Origin: a bacterium UBP13_UBA5359
Lineage (GTDB): Bacteria > UBP13 > UBA5359
DNA: 64,000 nucleotides
Assembly: GCA_002410925.1 (NCBI GenBank)
Contig: DHPR01000004.1
Span: forward strand, 1-64,000
Direction: 5' to 3'
The translations under genes and the position numbers were made by a program. The notes under the pieces are model-generated. The model was given only the letters and a program-made list of their open reading frames with translations. It was not told the origin of the DNA and made no database searches. Below, piece by piece: positions 1 to 10,097 of the stretch (within the stretch, counting starts at the first letter, position 1; each line of letters starts with the position of its first letter).

Positions 1-1
1 G

Positions 2-58
2 GCGCTGGAGAGCATAGAGAAGGAAATAAATACCATAGTTATCAAGGGTGCGGATTAA
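2..58 (+). CDS. Possible 3' end of an upstream gene (partial, ALESIEKEINTIVIKGAD*)
   Basis: Open frame from the window edge to TAA at 56-58, just before the amidohydrolase. Confidence 0.35.
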   Translation, partial: ALESIEKEINTIVIKGAD

Positions 59-90
59 ATGTTGAATATATTGAAGGGAAAAGAACCACA

Positions 91-960
91 ATGCTGATAG
101 ATATTCATGGTCATATCGGCCGTATTCTATCCGACCGGCAGGAGTTTGTAGATGTTACCAATTTGATTGCCAAAATGGATGCCTGGGGAATCGATAAGAG
201 TTGTGTAATGCCTCTGAGTGAACATCCGGAAGGCGCTTATCTGGAATGCAATACAGAAGATGTAATTAATGCATGTTCACGTTATCCGGATAGACTTATT
301 CCCTTCTGTCTGATCGATCCACGGCAGGGTAATCATCCGGATATGGATTTCACTCGCCTCTTGGAGGAATACAAAGCACGTGGCTGCAAAGGGATAGGCG
401 AGATGCTGCCCAAACTGAATTTCGACGATCCCCGTGCTCTTAACCTTTACCGTCAGGCAGGTAAGTTTGACCTGCCGATATTATTCGATATGAAAGATGG
501 GCCATACAGCTATGGGCTATGCGATGATTACGGTTTGCCCCGGCTTGAGCATGCCTTGCAAGAGTGTCCGGAAACAATTTTCATCGGTCATGGCCCGACC
601 TTCTGGGCGGAGATATCGTCGGATGTACCTGCCGATCAGCGTGCTGGTTATCCTGGTGGTCCCGTACGGGATGGTGGCGCTGTGCCGCGCTTGATGCGTC
701 AATATCCCAATTTATGGGCTGATACCTCCGCCGGCAGCGGCTATAACGGACTTACGCGTGATCCGGCTTTCGGCTTGGAGTTTCTTGATGAATTTCAGGA
801 TAAACTTCTCTTTGGAACCGATTCATGCCGTAGAAGTGATATTAGCCAGACTGCGCCAATCGTGGCCTTTTTTCAGGACCTGCGCCAAACACGGCAGTTG
901 CCGGAGGAAGCTATTGAGAAAATAGCCTGGAAAAATAGTGTGCGTTTGCTTGGAATATAA
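91..960 (+). CDS. Amidohydrolase family protein (Amidohydro_2-type TIM barrel)
   Basis: N-terminal DIHGH metal motif, GIGE, IGHG and LLFGTD motifs. Confidence 0.85.
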   Translation: MLIDIHGHIGRILSDRQEFVDVTNLIAKMDAWGIDKSCVMPLSEHPEGAYLECNTEDVINACSRYPDRLIPFCLIDPRQGNHPDMDFTRLLEEYKARGCKGIGEMLPKLNFDDPRALNLYRQAGKFDLPILFDMKDGPYSYGLCDDYGLPRLEHALQECPETIFIGHGPTFWAEISSDVPADQRAGYPGGPVRDGGAVPRLMRQYPNLWADTSAGSGYNGLTRDPAFGLEFLDEFQDKLLFGTDSCRRSDISQTAPIVAFFQDLRQTRQLPEEAIEKIAWKNSVRLLGI

Positions 961-1033
961 AAAACATACAATAATATATGCGAATTATTGATGTTCATAT
1001 TCACACCTATTAAAACTTGAGAGGTAGGATTTA

Positions 1034-1900
1034 ATGATATCTTTAAAGTTTTCTGTATGCAGCATAGGCTTGAGACATAAGAGAGCGGATGAAGCCTTCA
1101 AGATTATAGCGAAGAGCAGTTTCAATTACGTGGATATCCTTACTTATAGTCCTGATGCTCATCTATCGATAGATATGGCGTTGTGTCAAAGGCAGGAAGT
1201 ATTGCAAGCCGCTCGCAAATGTGGTGTAAGTATATGTTCCCTGGCTGGATCGGGAGGGTATAACTTTAATAGTCCGGATGAAAATATACGAAAGCAGGAG
1301 ATAGAGAAGGTTAAAAGAGAGATAGACCTCGCTTCTGAAGTAGGTGCGGCAGTAATCAGGGTCTGCCCCGGACATGGAGAGGATTTACAGGAGATCAGAG
1401 ACGTTATCCTGCCGTGCCTTAAGGAAGTGACCGCCTATGCAGAAAAGAGAAATATCCGGTTGGGAATGGAGAACCATGGCGGCAGTATAGCCTGTAAACC
1501 TAAGCAGGCGGTATCCGTATGCCGGGAGGTAGGTTCACCGTATCTGGGGATTATCTATGAACCCGGGAATCTCTTTGGTGCATTGGAGGATTATAAGAGC
1601 GGTCTTACAGAGCAAAAAGAGCATATTGTCCATGTGCATCTGAAAGATGGCTATCCGCATTATTTTGGTGAGGACGGCTTTGCGCCGCAGAGATTATCCT
1701 GCACCATTCTGGGAGAGGGAGAACTGGATATTCTCTGGGTATTGGAAAGCTTGAAGGAGATGGATTACGAGGGTTATGTATCGGTGGAGTATGAATCTTG
1801 GCATAAGGAGTACGGATTGCCGGAAGTGGAAGAAGGGCTGTGCCGGTGCAAGGATTACCTTCTGAGAGAAGATAAAGAGACCGCCAGAAGCGAGCAGTGA
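1034..1900 (+). CDS. Sugar phosphate isomerase/epimerase (xylose isomerase-like TIM barrel)
   Basis: MENHG, HVHLKD and SVEYE metal-binding motifs. Confidence 0.85.
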   Translation: MISLKFSVCSIGLRHKRADEAFKIIAKSSFNYVDILTYSPDAHLSIDMALCQRQEVLQAARKCGVSICSLAGSGGYNFNSPDENIRKQEIEKVKREIDLASEVGAAVIRVCPGHGEDLQEIRDVILPCLKEVTAYAEKRNIRLGMENHGGSIACKPKQAVSVCREVGSPYLGIIYEPGNLFGALEDYKSGLTEQKEHIVHVHLKDGYPHYFGEDGFAPQRLSCTILGEGELDILWVLESLKEMDYEGYVSVEYESWHKEYGLPEVEEGLCRCKDYLLREDKETARSEQ

Positions 1901-2050
1901 AACGGTTCCATCTTTAATATACCACGCTGTATCGCATATGCCCCACATTCTTTAAGCAGATTTTGAAGAAAGTTGGCAGGAGATAGAGTTTTTACAGCGA
2001 ACAAGAACATTTATGTATAACGACAGCATGCCCGAAGGGAGATAATATCA

Positions 2051-2692
2051 ATGGGGGGCTTGAAAATCAAGGACGGTCAAAAATTTCTCTTTATCGGTGA
2101 CAGCATTACGGATTGTGGGCGCCGGGGGGAGAGCTATCCTCTGGGGAACGGCTATGTCAAAAGCTTTACCGATAAGGTTATGGCCCGTTTCCCGGAGCTT
2201 AAGGTGGAATATATCAACAAGGGCATTAGCGGCCATACCATCAAGGATTTACAGAACCGCTGGTATGACGACGCTGTTGCTCTCCAGCCTGATTGGCTTT
2301 CCATTCTGGTAGGCATTAACGATTTGCATCGCGTACTGCAGGGAGGCCCGGAAGCGGTGACTCCTGAGCAATACCGAAAGATATATGATGCGCTACTCTC
2401 TGCAATAGTCCCCTCGCTGATAGGCGGGGTTATTCTTATGGAGCCGTTCTATATCAGCCGTGACGATACCGGCATAGGCCTGCGCAGCCAGGTGCTGGAG
2501 ATGCTGCCGGAGTATATCGATGTTGTCCATGAGATGCATCGCAAGTACGATACTCTGCTGATACGGACTCACGAAATATTTCAGCGGCACTTGCGGTATC
2601 GCCATCCGGATATCTTCTGTCCCGAGCCGGTGCACCCCAATCAGGCCGGATATACGGTAATCGCCGAAGCGCTGCTTGACATTCTGTCTTAG
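2051..2692 (+). CDS. SGNH/GDSL hydrolase family protein
   Basis: FIGDSITD, NKGISG, GIND blocks and C-terminal VHPN. Confidence 0.9.
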   Translation: MGGLKIKDGQKFLFIGDSITDCGRRGESYPLGNGYVKSFTDKVMARFPELKVEYINKGISGHTIKDLQNRWYDDAVALQPDWLSILVGINDLHRVLQGGPEAVTPEQYRKIYDALLSAIVPSLIGGVILMEPFYISRDDTGIGLRSQVLEMLPEYIDVVHEMHRKYDTLLIRTHEIFQRHLRYRHPDIFCPEPVHPNQAGYTVIAEALLDILS

Positions 2693-3535
2693 CTACTTCT
2701 TCCTTTTGAGGATGGTCGCTTTGATATCCATATCGGTGCTGGTAGCTCCGCCTGATTGCAGGTCGTCGATTTTGGTTACTACCTTGGTGGAGCTGTCTAT
2801 TCTTACCGGCATCATGGTGGTCGTTTCATAAAGGGTGGAGGTCTTTACAACGTATTTCTCTCCGGCGCCGGCTTTGGCCGATGTAATACTTGAAGACGAT
2901 GCCATATCCAGCGGGATATCGATAACGCTCTCTATTTTGTAGTACTCTGTACCGTCAACGTTTAGCTGCCCCTTGAAGGTGTAAGCGATGGCGGCATTTA
3001 TGCTGCCGCCCTGGGGCAGCGGCACGCGCCTGATTGTTTCCCATTTCTGCCCCGGCTGGATATCCGCTGTCGGCAGGCTGGGTAAAACGTTTTCCAGCAG
3101 ACTGTCTGCGTTCATGAAGATATCCGGCACCTGAAAAGCGGGCGTTTCCAGTTTGGTCAGTTTGCCGCGACGGTCCATCTCCACGACCATCTTTTTGCCC
3201 TTCAAACCGGCCGATGACGGCAGGTATGTCGATTGCCCCAGAGCAGAAATCTTCATGCTGAAAGCATCAAAGAGAGTTTCCAGCAGGAATGTATCTCTGG
3301 CAGTCAGCTCCTTGACCGTCATCACCATACCGATTTTGCCGTCGGTCCTGGTGGTCATGTTCCGGGTCTGCCCGCCTATATTCAGTCCGGTAATTCCCTC
3401 TTCCGCGATGGTGCAATCGTAGGCGTAGCTCTGGCCGACTGCTAGGTTGTAGCGCAGTTGAACTGCCTGAGATGAAGCGGAGGATAATAATACTATGAAT
3501 ACCTGAATAATAAATAGATGAATAAATCTTTGCAT
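2693..3535 (-). CDS. Secreted hypothetical protein, beta-rich (DUF6263-like)
   Basis: Signal-peptide-like N-terminus ending SSSQA, LRYNLAVGQ start and LPTADIQPGQKW motif; AGGAG RBS upstream on minus strand. Confidence 0.6.
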   Translation of the reverse strand: MQRFIHLFIIQVFIVLLSSASSQAVQLRYNLAVGQSYAYDCTIAEEGITGLNIGGQTRNMTTRTDGKIGMVMTVKELTARDTFLLETLFDAFSMKISALGQSTYLPSSAGLKGKKMVVEMDRRGKLTKLETPAFQVPDIFMNADSLLENVLPSLPTADIQPGQKWETIRRVPLPQGGSINAAIAYTFKGQLNVDGTEYYKIESVIDIPLDMASSSSITSAKAGAGEKYVVKTSTLYETTTMMPVRIDSSTKVVTKIDDLQSGGATSTDMDIKATILKRKK

Positions 3536-3677
3536 AAGACCTCTCTCCTTTTAAAGTAGCTTCTTTCGGGGATCTGGTGTTGGCCTTTCCTCTTTCTAAA
3601 CAGCTAAACTCTTCAATTAAATAATTCTATATTTAAAATTGTTTCCCTTTAATTTTTCATGGGCTATAATACAGTTC

Positions 3678-5600
3678 ATGGAGTTCAACGATGCTTTGCA
3701 AAGAGCTTTACCGGGAGCCGAGTTCCGGCCGCAGCAGGAGGAGCTGGCTGCTGCTATAGCGATAGCCATGGATGGCGGGCGACATTGTCTGGCTGAAGCA
3801 GGTACAGGTGTAGGTAAAACTCTGGCGTATCTTATTCCTTTACTTGATAGAATAGCAGATGGAGAAAGAGCGATTGTTTCCACTTTTACGCTCAACCTGC
3901 AAAGCCAGTTGACCGAGCGCGATTTGCCTGCAGCTATAAGAGCTGCGGGGTGTAATGAATTGAAATGGGCGCTTTTAAAGGGGCGGGCCAATTATCTTTG
4001 CCTCCGGCGTCTCAGGAGTGAATTGGACCTCTGGGGTGAGACAGACTCATCTCTTATGCGGCTCTGGGACTGGGCTGCAGTTACTTGTAATGGAGAGCGG
4101 TCTGAACTGGATTTTGAGACATCTTCCTGGACGTCCGTAGCTTCGGAGCGTGAAAGTTGCCGCGGCTCGAGCTGTCCTTACCATCGTAAGTGCTTCTTTT
4201 TCCGGGCCAAACGCCGTGCTGCCGGTGCCGATCTGATCATAGTCAACCATGCGCTCTTTTTTACCGATCTGGCCTGCCGCATATGGGAAGGCGAGAGCGA
4301 TGTCATTCCGGATTACAGCCTGGTGGTCTTCGATGAGGCTCATCATCTGGAAGAAGTAGCGGTTAAGGCTATGAGCCTTGAGGCTTCGCTGCTGGAGGGT
4401 AGACGGCTTCTGGGACGCCTGAGACGCCTGTCCGGAGGACGCTCTCTGGAGGAATTGGCGCAGGCCGGGGAGCTGCTTTTGTCCAGGGTCTATGCTCCTT
4501 TCATGGAGTTCACGGCCAGGGAGAGTTTCTTCTTTGATGATCTGGGCTATGGCAACGGAGAGGCGGGCTCTCCTGAGTCGCTGGCGGACCTGGAGCTGCA
4601 GATTGATGAGCTAAGACGAATCTGTGCCGCTTCCGGGAGTGCTGTTATGAGAGAACAGGGTGAAACGGTGACGGTATCTTTGCGCAACTATCTTGATCGT
4701 TTAACGGAAATTCTATCCGGGTGCGGAGAGGACCGGTTCCGCTGGGGGGAAAAGGGGCGGCGTTACGGTAATCCTGACTGTGCGCTCTATTTGTCACCGA
4801 TACGGGTCGGCCCCATGCTTAGGGAACATCTCTTCAGCGATGTCCGAAGCGCTGTGCTGACTTCAGCCACTCTGTCGGCATTGGGATCGTTTGCTTATAT
4901 ACGGGAAGCTCTTGGCTTATCCGATAGGGTGGATGAGATCATCGTCGGCTCTCCATTTAATTATGAGGAGCAGACTATTCTCTATCTGAGTTCCAGGCTC
5001 GACCCTGCCGGCGGCATGCCGGACTATCATCAGCGCCTGGCCGAAGAGATTGCCTCCGTTCTGGAGATCAGCTGCGGCCGGGCATTTGTTCTCTTTACTT
5101 CCTATCGGTCACTGAATGCCGTCTACGATGCGCTTGCCGGCAAGCTGTCATGGCCTCTTTTGCGCCAGGGAGAGATGTCCAATGAGCGGCTGTTGGAAGC
5201 CTTTATAAATACTCCGGGATCCTGCTTGTTCGGTACATACAGCTTCTGGGAGGGTGTGGATATTCCAGGAGAGGCCCTTGCCTGTGTCATTATAGATCGC
5301 TTGCCGTTCAGCTCTCCGGACGATCCGTTGCATCGGGCCAGGGTGGAAGAGATCAAGGTCGCCGGGGGCAACTGGTTTATGGATTATGCTCTTCCTCAGG
5401 CGCAGATAAAACTCAAGCAGGGGCTGGGCAGGCTTATTCGCAGCCATTCCGACAGAGGCATTATGGCTATATTGGATAACCGCATCCTGCAGCGTTCCTA
5501 TGGGAAATATATGCTGGAGGATCTGCCCGGCTGTCGAAAGGTAATGGCCATCGAGGATTTGCATCAGGCCGGGCTACTCTACGGCTTGCCGCTTAAATAA
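3678..5600 (+). CDS. DinG/YoaA-family ATP-dependent DNA helicase
   Basis: Q motif RPQQ, Walker A AGTGVGKT, KGRANYLC plus Fe-S cysteines, DEAHH, SATL, EGVD and QGLGRLIRS; start moved to ATG 3678. Confidence 0.92.
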   Translation: MEFNDALQRALPGAEFRPQQEELAAAIAIAMDGGRHCLAEAGTGVGKTLAYLIPLLDRIADGERAIVSTFTLNLQSQLTERDLPAAIRAAGCNELKWALLKGRANYLCLRRLRSELDLWGETDSSLMRLWDWAAVTCNGERSELDFETSSWTSVASERESCRGSSCPYHRKCFFFRAKRRAAGADLIIVNHALFFTDLACRIWEGESDVIPDYSLVVFDEAHHLEEVAVKAMSLEASLLEGRRLLGRLRRLSGGRSLEELAQAGELLLSRVYAPFMEFTARESFFFDDLGYGNGEAGSPESLADLELQIDELRRICAASGSAVMREQGETVTVSLRNYLDRLTEILSGCGEDRFRWGEKGRRYGNPDCALYLSPIRVGPMLREHLFSDVRSAVLTSATLSALGSFAYIREALGLSDRVDEIIVGSPFNYEEQTILYLSSRLDPAGGMPDYHQRLAEEIASVLEISCGRAFVLFTSYRSLNAVYDALAGKLSWPLLRQGEMSNERLLEAFINTPGSCLFGTYSFWEGVDIPGEALACVIIDRLPFSSPDDPLHRARVEEIKVAGGNWFMDYALPQAQIKLKQGLGRLIRSHSDRGIMAILDNRILQRSYGKYMLEDLPGCRKVMAIEDLHQAGLLYGLPLK

Positions 5601-5777
5601 AACAAGAGCGCTGCTCAGGAGATGTTACAATCCGTATGCCTGCTGTCAAGACATAGCAAATTCGGGCTTATAGGCACGGAATGCAGATATTGCCTTATAT
5701 AGGGTATAATAAAGCCGTTTGAAAGCCATAACACTGTTTTTTGAGCCGCTTTACATTAGTTCGACAAGGAGATTGCT

Positions 5778-7649
5778 GTGCAGGATAAATTGAACCGTAT
5801 TCTTCCTCGTGTACAGAAGCCGGGGCGCTATACCGATGCCGAGTGGAATGCCGGCCGTAAAGATTGGGAGGCGGTACAAATCCGCCTGGCGCTGATCTAT
5901 CCCGATATCTATGAAGTGGGGGAATCCCATCTGGGGTTGAAAATACTCTATAACATCGTAAACTCCCGACCGGATGCACTGGCTGACAGGGCATATGCTC
6001 CCTGGCCGGATATGGAAGCGGAGATGAGGGCTGAAGGAGTGCCGTTATTTGCTTTAGAAAGCAGGCGTCCTTTGGCTGATTTTGATCTGTTGGGTATAAC
6101 CATTCAACATGAACTGACCTATTCTAATGTTTTGACAGTGCTGGATCTGGCCGGAATGCCGCTGCGCTCTGTCGAGCGTGGACCGGAATATCCACTGGTG
6201 CTGGGTGGCGGACCATCCACCTATAACCCGGAGCCATTGGCTGATTTCTTCGATCTCTTTCTGATAGGTGAGGGCGAGGAGGCCATTGGAGAGATAATGG
6301 ATGCCTTAACCGAAGGACGGCGCCAGGGTTTGGATAGGTTGGCTCTGTTGCGCTATCTGGCTGGAGTGCCCGGCGTTTATATTCCTTCTCTTTATCGGGT
6401 AAAGTATACTTCGGAGGGCACTGTGTCCGCTGTTACGCCTGAAGAGGGAGCTCCGGCCAGGGTGCTGAAGCGTATTATTCTGGATCTGGACAAGGTGTCT
6501 TTCCCTACGACGCCGGTGGTGCCTTACATAGAAGCGGTGCATGACCGCATCACTCTGGAGATCATGCGCGGTTGCAGCCGAGGCTGTCGTTTTTGCCATG
6601 CCGGCATGGTTTATCGTCCGGTGCGCGAGCGTAGTCTGGATACGCTGGTAAAATTAGCCGGGCAGCTGGTGCACAGCACAGGCTATGATGAGATATCCCT
6701 GGTCTCTCTTTCCAGCGCAGATTACAGCTGTATCGGGCCGCTGATTGAAGAGCTGAGGGAGCGGTTTGAGGCTAAAGGCATCAATATCTCTCTGCCGTCG
6801 CTGCGAATAGACAGCTTCTCTGTAGACCTGGCCCAGAGCCTGAAAGCGGTACGCAAGGCTGGACTGACCTTTGCGCCGGAGGCCGGCACGCAACGCCTGC
6901 GCAATGTCATCAACAAGAACGTCGCTCATGAGGATATGCTGACTGCCGCCGGGGCAGCCTTTTCGGCAGGCTGGGATCTCATCAAGCTTTATTTCATGAT
7001 CGGCCTGCCTACTGAAACCGAGGAGGATGTGTGCGGCATAGCCGATGTCACGCGCGAACTGCTGCAGTTAGGTCGCCGGATAACCGGCAAGGCTGTCCGG
7101 ATCAACGTCAGCGTTTCCTCCTTTGTTCCCAAGCCAGGCACGCCTTTTCAATGGCATCCGCAGATAGATGAGGCTACGCTGCTGGCTCGTCAGAGTTTGC
7201 TGAAGGATTTTTTCTTCCGTGACAGGACGTTGCGCGGTGCCAAATTGAGCTGGCACGATCCTCTGACCAGCATGCTGGAGGGTATTCTGTCGCGTGGCGA
7301 CAGGCGTCTGGCAGCGGTAATAGAAAAGGCCTGGCACCTGGGCTGTCGCTTTGACGCCTGGTCTGAACTCTTCCACTGGAATCTCTGGCAACAGGCCATG
7401 GTGGAATGCGACCTGGAGGCCGATTTTTACCGCAGCCGGCCACGCTCTTATGATGAAGTTTTGCCCTGGGACCATATCAGCTCCGGCGTGGATAAGCCTT
7501 TTTTGATACGTGAGGACGAGGCGGCCCGGCAAGGCCGGGTAACGGAGGACTGCCGCCGGGGACGCTGCACTACCTGTGGCGTCTGTCCGGCGCTGAGAGG
7601 AAGAGCGAAGCTGGCCGGAGGTGATGCCAATGTACCGTCTAAGAGCTGA
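5778..7649 (+). CDS. TIGR03960-family B12-binding radical SAM protein
   Basis: KPGRY and YPDIYEVG N-terminus, CSRGCRFC radical SAM motif, FAPEAGTQRLR, C-terminal DCRRGRCTTCGVC. Confidence 0.9.
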   Translation: MQDKLNRILPRVQKPGRYTDAEWNAGRKDWEAVQIRLALIYPDIYEVGESHLGLKILYNIVNSRPDALADRAYAPWPDMEAEMRAEGVPLFALESRRPLADFDLLGITIQHELTYSNVLTVLDLAGMPLRSVERGPEYPLVLGGGPSTYNPEPLADFFDLFLIGEGEEAIGEIMDALTEGRRQGLDRLALLRYLAGVPGVYIPSLYRVKYTSEGTVSAVTPEEGAPARVLKRIILDLDKVSFPTTPVVPYIEAVHDRITLEIMRGCSRGCRFCHAGMVYRPVRERSLDTLVKLAGQLVHSTGYDEISLVSLSSADYSCIGPLIEELRERFEAKGINISLPSLRIDSFSVDLAQSLKAVRKAGLTFAPEAGTQRLRNVINKNVAHEDMLTAAGAAFSAGWDLIKLYFMIGLPTETEEDVCGIADVTRELLQLGRRITGKAVRINVSVSSFVPKPGTPFQWHPQIDEATLLARQSLLKDFFFRDRTLRGAKLSWHDPLTSMLEGILSRGDRRLAAVIEKAWHLGCRFDAWSELFHWNLWQQAMVECDLEADFYRSRPRSYDEVLPWDHISSGVDKPFLIREDEAARQGRVTEDCRRGRCTTCGVCPALRGRAKLAGGDANVPSKS

Positions 7650-8289
7650 ATTCTGTAAAGGAGAGGAAATACGCTATATCGGCCATCTGGATATCCTGCG
7701 GACCTTGGAGCGGGCATTGCGTCGGGCAGAGTTGCCGGTGGCGCGGACGCAGGGTTTCAATCCCCGGCAGAAGATAGCCTTTGCCTCACCGTTATCTGTT
7801 GGCATTACCGGTGAGCGGGAGCTGGTGGATATTGAGTTTGATAGTGAGATATCTCCTGATAATTTTCTGCAGCATATCAACTCTGTGTTGCCTGCAGGCA
7901 TGCGCTTTAGCACTGCTTGCGGCATAGCCATTGGTGGGCCGTCTCTGATGGCCGACCTGGATCAGGCCGAGTATCTGGCCCGATGGCATGAAACTCTGAT
8001 CGATGGATTGAAGCCGATCCTGGAACTCTTTTTGCAGCAAGATGAGATATTCATTCTTCGGCACAGCAAAAAAGGAGAGCGTCGGCTGAATATCCGCCCG
8101 GCCGTGCTGCAGCTGAAGGATGGTGGTAGCCGGGATGGCAATATCAGATTGCTTATGCGGTTGAAGCTGTCCGGAGAGCTCACAGCCAAGCCGAATGAGG
8201 TAATGGAGGCTTTACGGGAGATATCCGGGCTGAAAATAGAAGCGCCATTGTTGACAAGGCTTGAAGTGAAGTTGTCTCACAGAAAGTGA
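7630..8289 (+). CDS. TIGR03936-family radical SAM-associated protein (DUF2344)
   Basis: YIGHLD..R..RRA and QGFNPR motifs; overlaps the end of its usual partner gene. Confidence 0.88.
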   Translation: MYRLRAEFCKGEEIRYIGHLDILRTLERALRRAELPVARTQGFNPRQKIAFASPLSVGITGERELVDIEFDSEISPDNFLQHINSVLPAGMRFSTACGIAIGGPSLMADLDQAEYLARWHETLIDGLKPILELFLQQDEIFILRHSKKGERRLNIRPAVLQLKDGGSRDGNIRLLMRLKLSGELTAKPNEVMEALREISGLKIEAPLLTRLEVKLSHRK

Positions 8290-8337
8290 AAGGGGTCAGA
8301 TCTTTGCCTCATGAATACGCTTAAGGAGGTGGTTCCG

Positions 8338-9357
8338 GTGAGATTGTCGGAATTAGGGGAGTTTGATCTTATCAGTACTCTGGCAGCCAGGGTTAGCGAT
8401 CATGATCCCAGAGTGGTGCTGGGTATAGGCGACGATGCGGCGGCAGTGCGCAGTGATTCCAGCCGTTTGTTGCTGGCCACATCGGATGCTCTGGTTGAGG
8501 GCATCCATTTTACACGGCAGACTACCAATGCCTTTCGTTTGGGATGGAAGACGCTGGCCGTCAGTGTCAGTGATATCGCTGCCATGGGAGGCATGCCTGC
8601 CTTTGCCTTGGTAGATCTGGGCCTGCCGGAGGATACGGATATAGAGTATGCTGATGAAATTTACAGTGGCCTGCAGGCCTGTGCCGATGAATTCAACGCC
8701 CGTATTATTGGCGGAGATACCGTTTCATCTCCCCGAGAGATATTCATTGCTCTTACTCTGCTGGGTGAAGTAGAGCCGGGCATGATGGTTTCTCGACAGG
8801 GAGCCAAACCGGGAGATCGGATATTAGTTACCGGCACGCTAGGCGATTCAGCGGCAGGGTTGGCGTTGTTGACCGGCCGAAATTGCGAAATACCGGCTGC
8901 TGATAAGCGCTTTCTGGAAGATGCTCATATGGAGCCCATACCTCGGCTGAACGAGGGGCGGATAATAGCTTCTCGCAATTGGGCTACCTCAATGATAGAT
9001 ATCAGCGATGGGCTGGCTGGCGATCTTACCAGAATATCCCACGCCAGCGGCGTGGGAGCGGTAATCTATGCCGATAAATTGCCTTATTCCGATGCTTACA
9101 GGCATTTTGTAGAAGCCTGCGGAGTAGATCCGCTGGCGCTGTCGCTGCATGGCGGTGAAGATTATCAACTGGCTTTTACCGTTCCCAATGCTCTGGCAGA
9201 GCAGATAATAGCCCAGGCCAATGAACTCGATATTCGGCTGACAGAGGTTGGTCGTATCAAGGCAGAGCCGGGTATAAGCATACGCTATCCGAATGGAGAA
9301 ATAAAGGAATTGTTGGCCGGCGGTTATGAGCATTTTACCGGTACGGAGAAGATATGA
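8338..9357 (+). CDS. thiL: Thiamine-monophosphate kinase
   Basis: GEFDLI, GIGDDAA, SDIAAMGG, GGDT, DISDGL and GGEDYQL motifs; GTG start after GGAGG. Confidence 0.95.
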   Translation: MRLSELGEFDLISTLAARVSDHDPRVVLGIGDDAAAVRSDSSRLLLATSDALVEGIHFTRQTTNAFRLGWKTLAVSVSDIAAMGGMPAFALVDLGLPEDTDIEYADEIYSGLQACADEFNARIIGGDTVSSPREIFIALTLLGEVEPGMMVSRQGAKPGDRILVTGTLGDSAAGLALLTGRNCEIPAADKRFLEDAHMEPIPRLNEGRIIASRNWATSMIDISDGLAGDLTRISHASGVGAVIYADKLPYSDAYRHFVEACGVDPLALSLHGGEDYQLAFTVPNALAEQIIAQANELDIRLTEVGRIKAEPGISIRYPNGEIKELLAGGYEHFTGTEKI

Positions 9358-9614
9358 AGAGGCTCTTAAGACACAGAGGGTTCAAGAACGTTTGTAATGC
9401 TGCTTATCTTTGTGGCGATATCATAGACGCCGGGGGCGGGTTTGTGGTAACTTAAGGAGCAAGGGCTAAAGACTGAAGCAGAATGCTTAAGCTGAAGCTG
9501 CAAACCTTATGGGTGAAGAGCTTTGAATAAAAGGCTAAAACAGTTGGCCTGAGTGCAAGCCGACAGGCTTGAGGCTTCAGCTTAAAAAGCTAATACAAGA
9601 AGAGTGAGCTTATA

Positions 9615-10091
9615 TTGAACAGTTACAAATGGTATAGTCCCGACGAGGATGCCACTCTTCGTCTGGGATGGATAATAGGTGAGCTGGCTGAGCCGGGCGA
9701 TACCATAGCCCTGATAGGTCAGCTGGGTAGCGGCAAGACGGTTCTGGCCAGAGGTGTGGCCGCAGGCCTTGGTATAGAAGGGCGTATAACCAGCCCTACT
9801 TTTACCTTGATAAGAGAGTATCGAGGGCGCCTGCCTCTCTATCATTTTGATCTTTATCGTCTGGAGGATCCCCGTGAGGTAGAGGCTCTTGGATGCGAAG
9901 AGTATTTCTACGGTCGGGGTATAACTCTGGTAGAGTGGGCAGACAGAGCCATATCCTCTCTGCCTGAAGAGAGACTGGAGATACGATTTACTTACATCGA
10001 TGATGGGCGTTGTCTGGAATTCAGGGCTATAGGTAGCCGTTACAGACAGCTTCTGGAAGAGATTGTAAGAATAATGGATATTGCAAGGTAG
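9615..10091 (+). CDS. tsaE: tRNA t6A biosynthesis ATPase TsaE
   Basis: GQLGSGKT, SPTFTL, HFDLYRL and VEW motifs. Confidence 0.95.
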   Translation: MNSYKWYSPDEDATLRLGWIIGELAEPGDTIALIGQLGSGKTVLARGVAAGLGIEGRITSPTFTLIREYRGRLPLYHFDLYRLEDPREVEALGCEEYFYGRGITLVEWADRAISSLPEERLEIRFTYIDDGRCLEFRAIGSRYRQLLEEIVRIMDIAR

Positions 10092-10097
10092 GATGGC

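Noticed and set aside
3678-5600. DinG helicase as a type IV CasDinG partner of the cas locus
   Set aside because: It has ordinary YoaA-like Fe-S motifs, sits among housekeeping genes 8 kb away, and no csf genes are present
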